NCBI RefSeq assembly: GCF_009914755.1
Contig: NC_060926.1
Length of the DNA stretch: 64,000 bases
DNA from: the human T2T-CHM13v2.0 reference genome, Homo sapiens
Strand: one strand, 5' to 3'
Part shown: piece after piece, positions 16,079 through 31,772 of the stretch
Numbering within the stretch: position 1 is the first letter of the stretch
How the letters are laid out: each line of letters opens with the position of its first letter
Made by a program: the position numbers and the translations under genes
Notes under the pieces: model-generated
The model's input: only the letters and a program-made list of their open reading frames with translations
Database searches by the model: none
Told to the model about the DNA's origin: nothing

Positions 16079-16574
16079 TTTGTTTATTTTAGATGGAGTC
16101 TCGCTCTGTTACCCAGGCTGAGTGCAGTGGCATGATCTCGGCTTACTGCAACCTCCGCCTCCTGGGTTCAAGCCGATTCTCCTGCCTCAGCCTCCCAAGT
16201 AGCTGGGATTACAGGTGCATGCCACCACAACCAGCTGATTTTCGTATTTTTAGTAGAGACAGGGTTTTACCATGTTGGCCAGGCTAGTCTCGAACTCCTG
16301 ACCTCAGGTGATCCACCCACCTCAACCTCCCAAAGTGCTGGGGTTACAAGCATGAGTCACTTTTCCCGGCCCAGTTATTTAACTTTTTTAATTCAATACG
16401 ATTCAGAATAAATTCTGAGCCTCCGTTCAAAATCATTCTAATAGGCTCCTCACTTCTAATGTGCTATTTGCCTTTGGTCCCTAGATGATTTGTTTATTCA
16501 TTTGCTCATTCATTCATTCAATTTGCTAAGTAGTTAGGGAATCTGAAATTTTTCGCATAGAGTCTCTGCCCTCA
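15817..16574. repeat. Inverted repeat with ~170 bp arms (15817-15989 and 16405-16574)
   Basis: Hand alignment of arm 1 with the reverse complement of arm 2: 13 substitutions plus one 3-bp indel. Confidence 0.95.
16044..16371 (-). mobile_element. Alu SINE (AluS-type) with (TTTA)n tail, in the spacer of the inverted repeat
   Basis: Antisense dimer. Confidence 0.95.
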
Positions 16575-16584
16575 TTTTTCAAAA

Positions 16585-16830
16585 TGGCAATTCTTTTGTG
16601 TAGAAATTCAAAAGTCAATTCTAAATTTAATTTGGAAAGGAAAAAGACCTAGAATAGCCAAAATCATTTTGAAAAAGAAGAATAAAATCAGACAGAATAT
16701 TTACTTTACCTGATTTCAAGTTTTACTATAAAGCTACAGTTAACAAGATAGTGTGGTATTGACAAAAAATATAGAGATATAGATCAATGCAGCAAAAGAA
16801 AATTGAACCACTCATATGCTTAATTAATTT
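16585..16830 (+). mobile_element. L1M ORF2 fragment
   Basis: GACCTAGAATAGCCAAAATCATTTTGAAAAAGAAG...TACTATAAAGCTACAGT. Confidence 0.8.
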
Positions 16831-17500
16831 GGAGGGGTACATGTGATAATGTAATATATTCATATAGTTTGCAAAAATCAAACCAATGTCGTTGGAATAT
16901 CCATCACCTCAAATATTTATCTTTCTTTATGTTAGAACCATTTGAATTCTCTTCAAGCTACTTTGAAATGTATATAGATCAGTTGAGCATGCAACCTAGA
17001 TCCCACGCATACACAGTTCTCCTAAGAGAATCTAATGCCCCCCGCTGATCTGATAGGAGGCAGAGCTCAGGCAATCATGTTTGCTCACCCGCCACTCACC
17101 TTCTACTGTGCAGCCCTGTTCCTAACAGGACATGGACTGATACCGGTCCACGGCACAGAGGCTGGGGACCCCTGCTATAGATTATTGTAAACTATAGTCA
17201 CCTTACTGATCTATCTAACACTAGGTCTTATTTCTTCCATAAAATTGTATATTTGTACCTATTAATTTCTTTTCATTCCCTTCTCCCCCATACCCTTCCA
17301 CCATCTGCTCTCTATCTTCATGAGATCCTCTTTTTTAGCTCCCACATATGAGTAAAAACATTTAATATTTGTCTTTCTGTTCCTGGCTTACTTAATGTAA
17401 TGACCTCTAGTTCTGTCCATGTTGCTGCAAATGACAGGACTTCATTCTTTTTCATGGCTAAATAATATTCCATTGTGTATGTATACCACATTTTCTTTAC
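16830..17500 (-). mobile_element. L1MA-type 3' end, split by MER1
   Basis: Antisense L1 3'UTR and ORF2 end (translation [30 protein letters not shown]). Confidence 0.85.
16980..17174 (-). mobile_element. MER1B-like hAT-Charlie MITE with a large deletion
   Basis: Terminus GGGGACCCCTG; 8-bp TSD ATATAGAT/CTATAGAT. Confidence 0.8.
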
Positions 17501-17507
17501 TGTATGG

Positions 17508-17510
<3 letters not shown>

Positions 17511-17551
<41 letters not shown>

Positions 17552-17833
17552 GACAGGGGGTCTCACTCAATCACCCAGGCTGGAGTGCAATGGCTTGGTC
17601 ATAGCTCATTGTAGCCTTGAACTGGTGGGCTCAGGCTATCCTCCTACCTCAGCCTCCCAAGTAGCTAGAACTACAGGCACAGGCCACTGTGTCTGGCTTT
17701 TTTTATTTTTTATTTTTTGTAGACACAGGGTCTTGCTTTGTTGTGAGGATTGGTCTGGAACTCCTGGGCTCAAGCAATTCTTTCACCTTGGCCTCCCAAA
17801 ATGCTGGAATTACAGAAGTAAGCCACCATAACT
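17511..17833 (-). mobile_element. Alu SINE (AluJ-type)
   Basis: Long T-tail plus antisense dimer. Confidence 0.93.
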
Positions 17834-17854
17834 GGGTTTGGCAATTCTTAAAGA

Positions 17855-18082
17855 AAAATTTTCCTAGAGTCAAGTAAGTTTGGAGAATTCTAGCTTAACA
17901 TGTTAGATACACTTCTTTATGGCAAAACTTATAGAAGCCTTTAAAATGCTAAATGAATCACCAATATTCACAATTTCTTTTCTTTCTTTCTTGTTTTTTT
18001 AATCACAGAGTGGTCTGCCCATGAAATAGCCATAGACACTTTGCGGTACCAGTGTTTCATAGTATAGTGTTTGGGAAATGTC
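17855..18082. mobile_element. Old hAT-Charlie MITE (MER103-like)
   Basis: GTCAAGTAAGTTTGGAGAA...GTTTGGGAAATG; degenerate. Confidence 0.45.
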
Positions 18083-18447
18083 TTTCCAACTTATAGGTTA
18101 GAAATTAGCAATAACACCTCTTTTCCTCATGCCCCATGGCTTTGTGAATTGGAAAACTATGTTAACTTTCTGGTTGCAAAAGAACTGCAGTGTAAAAGTT
18201 TAAAAAAAAAAAAAAAAGACAATATGACCTAGATATGGGCCTGGCCTCTGAATGTATTAGGTGGTCAGGAAGAATCCAGTATTATTTTGAAATAATAATA
18301 GTAATCTTTTCAAAAGTCTGTAGGTTTCAAGGTAAGGAAAAAAAAAACAAAGAAAGTAAAAAAATTCCAACCTCCAGGTACAAATAGGCAGAAGGGAGAA
18401 AAATCTCACTCTCCTTTGAGGGTAAGCATGCCTGATATGTTAGAGAA

Positions 18448-18495
18448 TCTCTCTCTCTCTCTCTGTCTCTCTTTCTCTCTCTCTCCCTCCCTCCC
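18448..18495 (+). repeat. (CT)n microsatellite
   Basis: Direct reading. Confidence 0.9.
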
Positions 18496-18743
18496 TTATT
18501 TTTTCTCAGGCTCAAGTGACAGCTAAGGTGGAGAACAAGCTTCAAATCCCAGTAGACACAAGGCTGTGCTTCAAACCTGTTTCTGCCCATCCTCAGAGTC
18601 CTCCAAGTCATCCCCAATACCATGTGCCCACCCCCCACCATGACATGGCATAGGTTGCCAAGCCCTCAGTTAGAAAATAATGGCAGAAAGACAATAGATG
18701 AAGGAAGCCTGGCAAAAGGTCTTTTCCCTTCCCACTTGTCATT

Positions 18744-18745
<2 letters not shown>

Positions 18746-18786
<41 letters not shown>
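18746..18786 (+). repeat. (CA)n microsatellite
   Basis: About 20 units. Confidence 0.97.
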
Positions 18787-18787
<1 letters not shown>

Positions 18788-20561
18788 CCAAGGTTCAGTG
18801 TCACTGGACATCTTTTCTGCTTTCTGCGAGGAGCGCTTGTTTGCAGAGCTGTTTCACTTCCGGCACACAGCACACTGCTGGCACTGCCACCCCACTTCTT
18901 CCTGGAGGGGTTTGAAATATCAAAGTCTGCCACCTCTACTGCTGCTGAGAAAGGGAGGCTTGGCTGAGTTGTTCCATCAACAGCTTTAATCAAAATAGCA
19001 CAGTCAAGTTACATAAGCATATATATGCAGAGAGAGTTTGTGGAAAATGTAAACCAAAATGCTTGCTGTGTTTTGGTGGTAAGTCTGAAGCCCTTTGGCA
19101 GTAACGGTTCATCATAAGCAAAGATGTGCAGGAGAGGTACACGGTGGCAGCCCCCGTGGCTGCAGAGGGGCCACCTGGAAGTAGGAAACCCAGCCTGAAT
19201 CCAAGTCATGAGACATTAGCCATCAGGCTAAGAAATTTGGTTCTGCAATTTTTCTATCTCCTCTATATACCCTTTCCTCATTTTTGACAATGTTCATTGC
19301 TTTTTGTATTTAGGGAGAAAAGAAAATAAGGTTTAAAAAATTGGGAAGCTCAAACTTCTCTTTTCTACAATCACAAAATAATATTTTAAGGATACTCTTG
19401 TATATTCAGTTGCATTATTTACATTGTCAGTTGCATAGTAAGCAATGGAAATTGACCTAGTGATGGAAGGCAAAAGAAATGCATTATTCCTGGTATTTAA
19501 TGGGTTTCTCTTATGCATCCTTGCCTTGGTGTCTGTGCCCATTTGTGGGGAATAACTAAAGTGAGTCGGCTCGTCTGTCGTGTTTTCAATGGCATAGAAA
19601 AGACATAAACCACCAGCCCATGTGCATCTAACCTCTACCAAAGAATGGAACTTTCCCTGCAAAGCAGGTGGTAGGAGGAGCCCTGGGACTGTCCCACGGA
19701 GATTGGGGGATGCCTGAAGAAAGGAACGCTGTGCTCATCCCCACTTGGGCGGTGGCTGGAGAAGCCGACTTACTGTTCCCCAGTCTATCTGAGCAGAGGA
19801 AAGGACAGTTGGTGCCGGCTGATGAAAAGCCAGAGAGGGGCACCGCTAGCAGCAGCAATCTTCCCCAGTTTCTCGCAGCAGGGACACCTGAGCTTCCTGA
19901 GAATCGGGGACTATTCAGCACCTTGGGCCCTCGCCACGGGAGGCTGGGAGGTGGATGGCATGGCTGGGCAGCCCCCGATGGGGAAGAGGGCGAGCAGGAG
20001 TCTGAGGACTGGGTAATGAGGGGATGCAGCCAAACCTATGGGGTTTGGACACACACAGGGCACCCACACAGCTACCAAGCCCAGGGAGGACACACACAGC
20101 AGAGCCAGGTAAGCGGAGACCTGGGCCCTTCCTCCATCCCTCCTCCCAGACACCAAAATGCTGGAAGAAAAAGGGAGACCCGGGAGACGGGGAGGAGGCA
20201 AGAAGGGGACGTTCCCATTGCAGGCCCCTCAGGAAGATGCCTGGTGGGTGCTGGGGCCATCAGGAAAGACAGGAGCTGGATATGAGACTGCAGGGTCAAA
20301 CGGGACTGCACCGAGCTTTTCAATACCTGAAAGGCTGGGACGCTGCAGGACCCTCCCAACAAGCTGTTGATGGACAAGAAAGGGTGAATCAATGCAGTAA
20401 TACAGGGGCTACAGAGCAAATCAAATCACGATTTACCCTCAATAATATCAGACGTCTTCATGTATAGCGTAGCTAACAACAGTAGAACCGCAATTCCTCC
20501 CAGCCCACATGCTGTCATTCATTTACCTGCTGTAAACACAGTTACATCGGTACTACTTTAC

Positions 20562-21005
<444 letters not shown>

Positions 21006-21205
21006 TAATCCTTCTGCCTGAAGAATTTCCTTTAACATTTCTTTTGGTACAAGTCTGCTTGCAATGAATTCTCTCAGGTTTTGCTTTACTGAGCAAAAAA
21101 AATAATGCGCTATCTTCTTCATTTCTGAAAGGTATTTTCCTAGGTACAGAGCTCAGAGTTGACAGGTTTAGGGTTTTTTTCTTTCACTTTAAAAATATAA
21201 CTTCA

Positions 21206-21814
<609 letters not shown>

Positions 21815-22018
21815 TATCTTCTAGCTTTCTTATCTTCTGGAGAGAAGTCTGCCATAATTCTTTTTTTTTTTTTTTTTTTTGAAATGTGTTCTCCCCTCCC
21901 TCCATGGCTGCCTTCACTATTTTCTTTTTATTCTGTGGGTTTTCCGCAGTTTGAATATGGTGAGTCTAGGTGTGGCTTTTTGTTTTGTTTATCATTTATC
22001 TCACTTGGTATTCTCTGA

Positions 22019-22510
<492 letters not shown>

Positions 22511-23261
22511 TGGCTGTTCTCTTCTGTCTGATTTCTTTTTTCTCTGTGTTTCAGTTTGGGTGAATTTTTATTAACCTATCTCCAGGTTTACTGGGGTTTT
22601 TTTCTCAGCTATGTGAAACTGTCTGATGAACCTGTCAATGGCATTCCTCATCTCTGTTGCCATGGGTTCTTTTTTTTCCCCCTAAAATTTCCCTTTGATT
22701 GTCTCTAATAGTTTCCATCTCTGTACTGAAATACCACATCTGTTCACCTACATACACACTGTTTCCATTTGAACTTTCAAATATTAATCGTAGTTCTTTT
22801 AAATTTCCTCTCTGATAACTCCAACTTCTGGGGTCATTTCTAAATCTGGCTTTACTGATTGCTTAGTCTCTTAACAGTAAGCTGATTTGTTTTGACTTTG
22901 TTATGTGTTTTGTGGTTTGGAGTTGAAAACTGACCTTCCTACATAGGCCAACAAGGGCTGAGGTACATCTTATTGTATTGTGCCTTGAGACAGGCATACC
23001 TTTTCTCCTTCCAGACCTTTGGCTTGAGACGCTGGGTCAGTCTAGGCAGGAGTTGAACTGGGTTTGAGTCTTGTTGCTATGATTATCCTCAGTGCACCAT
23101 CAGCTTCAAATTCCTCTGGAATTACCTCCTGCTAGGGCACAGGCTGGGTGGCCAGAGAGTTTCTCTGAAGGCCGGTGCTGCATCTCAGTGTTGGGTTGTT
23201 CCTGTGACGCATGTCACAGAAGATGCCTCTCCCCTCCTTCTTGTCCCTCCCCTGGTGGAAA

Positions 23262-24394
23262 TGTCAGAGGTATTGGAACCAGAGGAACTCCATCTTGAAT
23301 AGGAGCTGGGTAAAAGGAGGCCGAGACCTACTGGGCTGCATTCCCAGAGGATTAAGGCATTCTAAATCACAGGATGAGATAGGAGGTCAGCACAAGATAC
23401 AGGCCATAAAGACCTTGCTGATAAAACAGGTTGCAGTAAAGAAGCCGGCCAAAACCCACGTAAACCAAGATGGTGACAAGAGTGACCTCTGGTCATCCTC
23501 ACTGCCACACTCCCACCCGTGCCATGACAGTTTACAAATGCCATGGCAACCACAGGAAGTTACCCTATATGGTCTACAAAGGGGAAACACAAATAATCCA
23601 CCCCTTGTTTAGCATATAATTGTTAGAAATGCAAAATGCTTGTTCCCCAGTGCCATAAAGAAATAGCACTCGAACATAAATTTAATTTTCTCACAAGGCA
23701 ACTTTTGCTTTCTGCAGAAAGGGTGCTCCTCCTGGTTGGAACAATGGCGAGAGCACACCTGGGGAGGGGCAGAAGGTCTTATTCCTGAGGCAGATAGCCC
23801 CTACTGCTGTGTCGTTCCCCTGTTGGCTAGGGTTGGACTGCACAGTCTAAGCTAATTCTGATTGGCTATTTTAAAGAGGGCAAGGGTGTGAGCCAGAGTG
23901 GCGGGGTGAGTAGTTTGGCGGGAAGGACAGTTAGGAACAGGTAACTAAAAGTGTCTTAGGTCAGAGCAGGTGACCAGTGGTGACTCAGTCAAAGCAGGTG
24001 ACCGGGATGAGTCAGGACAGAGCAGGTGACCAGGGGAACAGATGTGAACTACTGATTAAGACTGACAGGGAAGTTGTTTACTGAAACAAGAAGCGAGGGA
24101 CTGAAGAGAACCAGGAAGTTAAACTTTAAAATGGAGAATCAAAGAATAAGATAGCTGAACATACTGACATACTGATTCTTTGAAGAGAAACTTGGGTTTC
24201 ACTATCTTTAAGATAATCAAGAAATTACCAACAAAATTGGCAACCAGCAGACCTTGGAGTAGCTCTTCTTTTATTCCTTTATTTTCCTAATACACTTGCT
24301 TTCACTTTACGGACTTGCCCTGCCTGAATTCTTTCTTGTGTGAGATCCAAGAACCCTCTCTTGGGGTCTGGATCGGGACCCCTGCCCTGTAACA
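23262..24394 (+). mobile_element. MER41A solo LTR (ERV1), interrupted by LTR10C
   Basis: TGTCAGAGG...GAACCAGAG start and GATCGGGACCCC...TGTAACA end; TSD GAAA/GAGA. Confidence 0.9.
23621..24213 (-). mobile_element. LTR10C-like solo LTR (ERV1, HERV-I family) nested in MER41A
   Basis: Minus-strand TTTCTCTTCAAAGAATCAGTATGTCAGTATGTTCAG 5' signature; 4-bp TSD TAAT. Confidence 0.85.
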
Positions 24395-25281
24395 GAGATG
24401 CTGTTCTTTCTAACCCTGAGTGTCAGCCTGGGGATGCAAAAAGGTTGCTCTCTGTTGCCTTGCTTCATCCTCAGTCTTAGGCAGACCCTGCGCCCCTGGG
24501 TCTGGGTCTGGAGGTGGGTGGGGGTCTCTGGGTTCCTGCCTTTGCTCCCGCCTCCTGCCTGAGAAGACTGTCTGTGTCCTGGGCCCAGATGGTACCCTGT
24601 CACTCTCTCAGGAGTGGAAGGCTTTTTTCCCTCTTTCCTCCAGACAAAATGGGTCTTCATCAGCTTTAAACCTCGGTTTCTACTAATTAAAGTAACAGGG
24701 ACAGCAGGATTTGCTCCTCCTCCACCACCCCACCCCTGCCCCCCAGCAGCTTAAGGCTCTCGTTTCCCAAGTGAGAAGTTCCCTGGGGGCCTCTGGGCCT
24801 TTCCCTTAGTGGCAGCTGCTCCTCCCACCCCACCCCCATTTTTCTTGTGAGCAATTGGTGAGGTTAAAGAGAAGAGCCAGGAGTGGGTGCAAAGTCTCCC
24901 TGTGGCTGCAGTCCCTGGGAGCCGATGCTCTCAGGAGAGCCCTCACTTGGCTTTCGTCAATCAGTTAAAAGTCCTGGCTGGAATCTTCTCACCTGCTGTG
25001 TGTTCCTCTGCACCCCCTACCCCACCCGCCACCTGTTTCCTCCATGCTCTGATTCGTCTAAGCTGCTGCTCAGGCCCAAGCCATGCCTCTTTCCTCAGCT
25101 TTCAGGCTGACTGCCCGTTGACCTCAGTGCTGTGATGGGATTGCAAAGGCCACGGTTTTGTAGATGTGCTTGTTGTTGGGGTATGAGCCCTGCTGTTTCC
25201 ACCTTCCTACATCCTAAGTGGAACCTGGAAGTCCTCCCACCTTTTTCTGGAAGAAAAAGAATAGAGAGTTGATTGAAATGA

Positions 25282-25630
<349 letters not shown>

Positions 25631-26189
25631 CCTGAGTTTATTTCGTTTGGTTTGTTTTTAATGAATGGGACAAGATCTGGGGGTTGCATCGTTTGTTTCA
25701 TATGATGCCTTTACACAGCTGAACTTAGGTGCAGTGTTTTAGCATTGACAGAAGGCTTGCCTTGAATACATTATTGAATTGATCCTCCCAGCAACCTGAG
25801 ACCCATATGCTTCCTGCAGGCACACGCCTGTGAGTGGTGGCACTAAATCCTTAGCCCAGCACTCTGAGCTAAGCCCGAGATGACTTTCTCTATGGCATGT
25901 TCATCCTCACAGCAATCATATGAGCTCTACGAGTTGCATGCTGTTTTTCTTACACATTATTTTAATTAAAAGAAACAAGTTTAAAGCAGTTAGGACACTT
26001 GCTCAGAGCAGAACTCACTCTTCAATCAATAATGATGTATAGCATACCCCTTGCCAAGCATCGTATTAGGCTCAGAATTAATATTCACCGAGGTCTAGCT
26101 TTAAGTCGGGCATAGGCTAGACTCCTTCATTGTCAGCCCTTTTAATTCTCAAAACAGTCCCATGAGCTAGAAACCATGACATCCATTTA

Positions 26190-26985
<796 letters not shown>

Positions 26986-26989
26986 CACT

Positions 26990-27177
26990 TTGTGACTTAT
27001 GGGCAAGATATTACTCTCTCTGTGTCTCAGTATTCTCATCTGTATAATGGGAATAAACGAAGTGCCTCCCAATAGGTTGTTGTCTGAGCGAAATGAGATA
27101 ATAACATTAAGTGCTTAGAACAGCATCTGGCATGTTGTAAACACTCAGTAATTGTCAAATATTATTATTATTATTAT
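26990..27177 (+). mobile_element. MIR SINE
   Basis: CTCAGTATTCTCATCTGTATAATGGGAATA core, ending in an (ATT)n tail. Confidence 0.85.
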
Positions 27178-27779
27178 AAACCTTTGTGTTCCTGTGCCAG
27201 AATAAATGATCCATTTCTATTAATAAAATTCACATGTAAGTACAGACATTTAGTTCTGATACATGTAGTCAAAAATCACCTTCCTAAATATTGACTCTAA
27301 AGATATTCAACCTCTCTCATAAGTGAACGCAAATCAAAACAACAACACAATACCAATTCCTACCTGCCTAATTGTCAAAGATTAAACTGTTGGAAGATGG
27401 CCAGCATTGGCAACAATTTGGGAGAAGGCATTCTCATACTAAGTGGCATTTGTTTAAGATGCTGCTTGGCTCATCTGGTCAGGCTGGTCTTGGCATATCT
27501 ACATGCTGGGCTTTTTAAAATAATTATGCAAAGTCTAGTTTGGCCTTCAATGATGCAGCAGCTGAGGAGGTCATGGGCATTCTCCCTTCCACGAAAAAGC
27601 CTTTCCCAGATGCCACGATCCCATTCCTGGAGCCAGATGGTTTCTCATGAGAGGCTCTCACTTGATTTCCTCTCCTTTAAAGCATGGATTTCCCATTCCA
27701 GTAGGTACAGGTGTAGCAACACCAAGGGACAGAGTGAATGACAGAGGAAGCAAGAGGGGACCCTGCCTTCATGTAGAGG

Positions 27780-27930
27780 CCCCAAGGCCAATGGTTAAGA
27801 AAGTGCGTGCTACAGCTGCCTCTGCAAACGACTCCTGGGTGAGCCTGAATGAGCTACCGGTTCTCAATCTTTTTTTCTCCTCTGTGAAATGAAGGCAGTC
27901 TCAGTTCCCATCTCCAGAGCTGGCATTCAG
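27780..27930 (+). mobile_element. MIR fragment
   Basis: TTCTCCTCTGTGAAATGAAG core. Confidence 0.5.
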
Positions 27931-28716
27931 GCTATTGGCACTAGGAAGGCCATAAAATGTTAAAATGTTTCTATACCAATTGGCAAATAGCCACTGTCCC
28001 CATCTCTTTGCCTGAACCCTCTCCATGACAACTCCCCCAGCCTCTCCCCCAGGGATGTCCCACCATTTTCCCACAATGTGGCAGCGAGAAGGTTTATGCC
28101 CAGTTCACCAGCAGGCCTCCAGGGCCCTGATCCATCACTATAGCCAAGTCCATTTCCAGTTGATCATAGCTTATGCCCTACGAAACTCCCTAAGTTAAAT
28201 ATCACTCTTGATTTTGTCATGGAGTCATTAGGAATATTCCAAGGGGCAACATGCAGAGCTCATCTGGCACCTGATACAAGTTAACCATCAGGACTGAATT
28301 ATAAGAGAACCTAAGCTCTTAGAGTAGAACAGAGACAAGCAATACCAGTGCGGAGTCATGCTCAGCCTTTCCTCTCTCTAGCTTCCAGGGTGGAGTCATT
28401 CTTGCTTGCAGTGTCTTGAAGAGAAAAGCCAAGGAAGCCAGAGTCAGAGATGTCTCCACAAAAGGGGACTAGAAGAGAAGGGATGGGAAAGAGAGACAGA
28501 AAAGGCTTGTTGGCCAGTGTTAGGAAGGGGCCCGTGTGGGGATCAGGGTTGAAGGTGAGAGACAGCCAGGAATAAGCCAGGGGCTGATGGCATGAAACGA
28601 ATGACGTCTGCATGTCAGTGCTCTTGGCTTGCAGGGGCCTTTCCCAAAACCCCAGGAGGGCCAGGTAACATGTTAATATGGTCATACATGTTTGTGAAAA
28701 TGTTGCAAAAGTAAGG

Positions 28717-29136
<420 letters not shown>

Positions 29137-29742
29137 TGATATATTCAGTTGGAGTTTAATGGGTTATTTATTAATATCTGGCTTAGGAACTTTTTGTACA
29201 TGGTTATGGTACTTCTAGCCATCTCTGCATAGGAATAGCTGCCAGGAATAATCCTGTCGCCCACTCTGTGGCTCACTTGATGTACCTGATATACTGACCG
29301 GGCCATCGCCTAGTGACGTGTGGGTTTCCAGCACTCTTCAGTTTCCAGCACTCCAAACATGTGGGTGGAAGAGTAAACACAAGTTTAAAGTCAGAGGCTG
29401 AAGCTGGTCTGTGGGAAGCTCTTCCAGCCATTACGTGTTTAAATCATAAGCTGAGGCCTCAGTGCTCACGGCGGCTACCTCCAGTGGCCGTCCTCTCTCG
29501 TAAGGAATCTACCCTTTAATGCTGCACATGCAGCTGTAAATGGACAAAGTTTTCCTTTATCCATGGGAATTGTGTGAATAGAACTTACCAGAATTTCTGT
29601 GTAAATGCACGCTAACCTGCAGCAGTGATACAAAGAGCAGGCACACCTGTGGATAAAGATGCATCATTTGTGCACGTCAACCTTTAGATCGTGTTTTCAC
29701 ATATTGGACACATTTTGTCCTTACCAAGTCTGATGGCTCTAG

Positions 29743-30141
<399 letters not shown>

Positions 30142-31136
30142 TAATATTTTTCCATAAGTCAGTGTTTGTGGCATGAGAGCAATTCAATTCCAAAATTATA
30201 TATAATCAAAAATCTCTTGTACTTTCTTTACCCTTTTTAAATTAGTATTCATTTTGGTGGCTAATTTTCATAGTTTTTGTACCTAATATTCGTAATTTTA
30301 CATTATTCTTAAAGAGGCTCTCCAAAATTATACTTCAGGCTCCACAAAATCTGGACCTGCCCCTGCATGAAGTCATAAGGAGAGAAAATGTTTTCCTTTA
30401 AACTTTTTATTTTGAATTAATTTTAGACATTAAAAAAGGCATAAAAGTAGTATACTGTGCTTCCAACTAATGCTAACACAACCATAGTTTAATCAAGAAC
30501 AGGAAATTAATATTGCTATGGTATTATTAACCAAACTGCACTCCTTATTAGAATCTCACCAATTATTCCATGAACGTGCTTTTTCTGCCCCAAGATCTCA
30601 TCTAGGAGCCCATGTTGCATTTAATTAGTTTTTACCAATCTCCTCCCGTGTGTCACAGTTCTTGAGTCTTTCCCCATCTTTCCCAACCTTGAAATTTTGG
30701 GGGAATGTTGATCAGTTATTCTATGGAATGTTCCTCAGTTTAGGTTTGGCCAATGTTTCCTCATGATTGGTGCAAAGTTGTACATTTTTAGCAATAATGT
30801 GGCAAAAAAATGACATTACATCCTTTCCGTGCATCTTATCAAGGAGTTCCTGATGCCAATATGTGCACATTTACCTTGATCGTGTGGTTAAGTTGGTCTC
30901 TGCCAGCCTTCTCCATTGTAAGTTACTATCTTTCTCTTCTTGGTAGTTGATTAGTATCTTGGGGGAGATACTTTGAGACTATACAAACCCTATTTCTCCT
31001 GTAACTTTCTAATTTTAATTTAAAACTACTTAGTTTTTAGTTAAACTACTTAGTAGTTTCTAGGTTTAGTTTAGCGGTTTCTAAAACTACTAATTTTATT
31101 ATCAGTGGGGCTCTTATCTGCAGCAATTATTACTGA

Positions 31137-31772
<636 letters not shown>

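Noticed and set aside
19668-20285. Longest ORF in the track (205 aa)
   Set aside because: Non-ATG start, no recognisable domain, and overlapping ORFs in several frames, as expected for GC-rich non-coding DNA.
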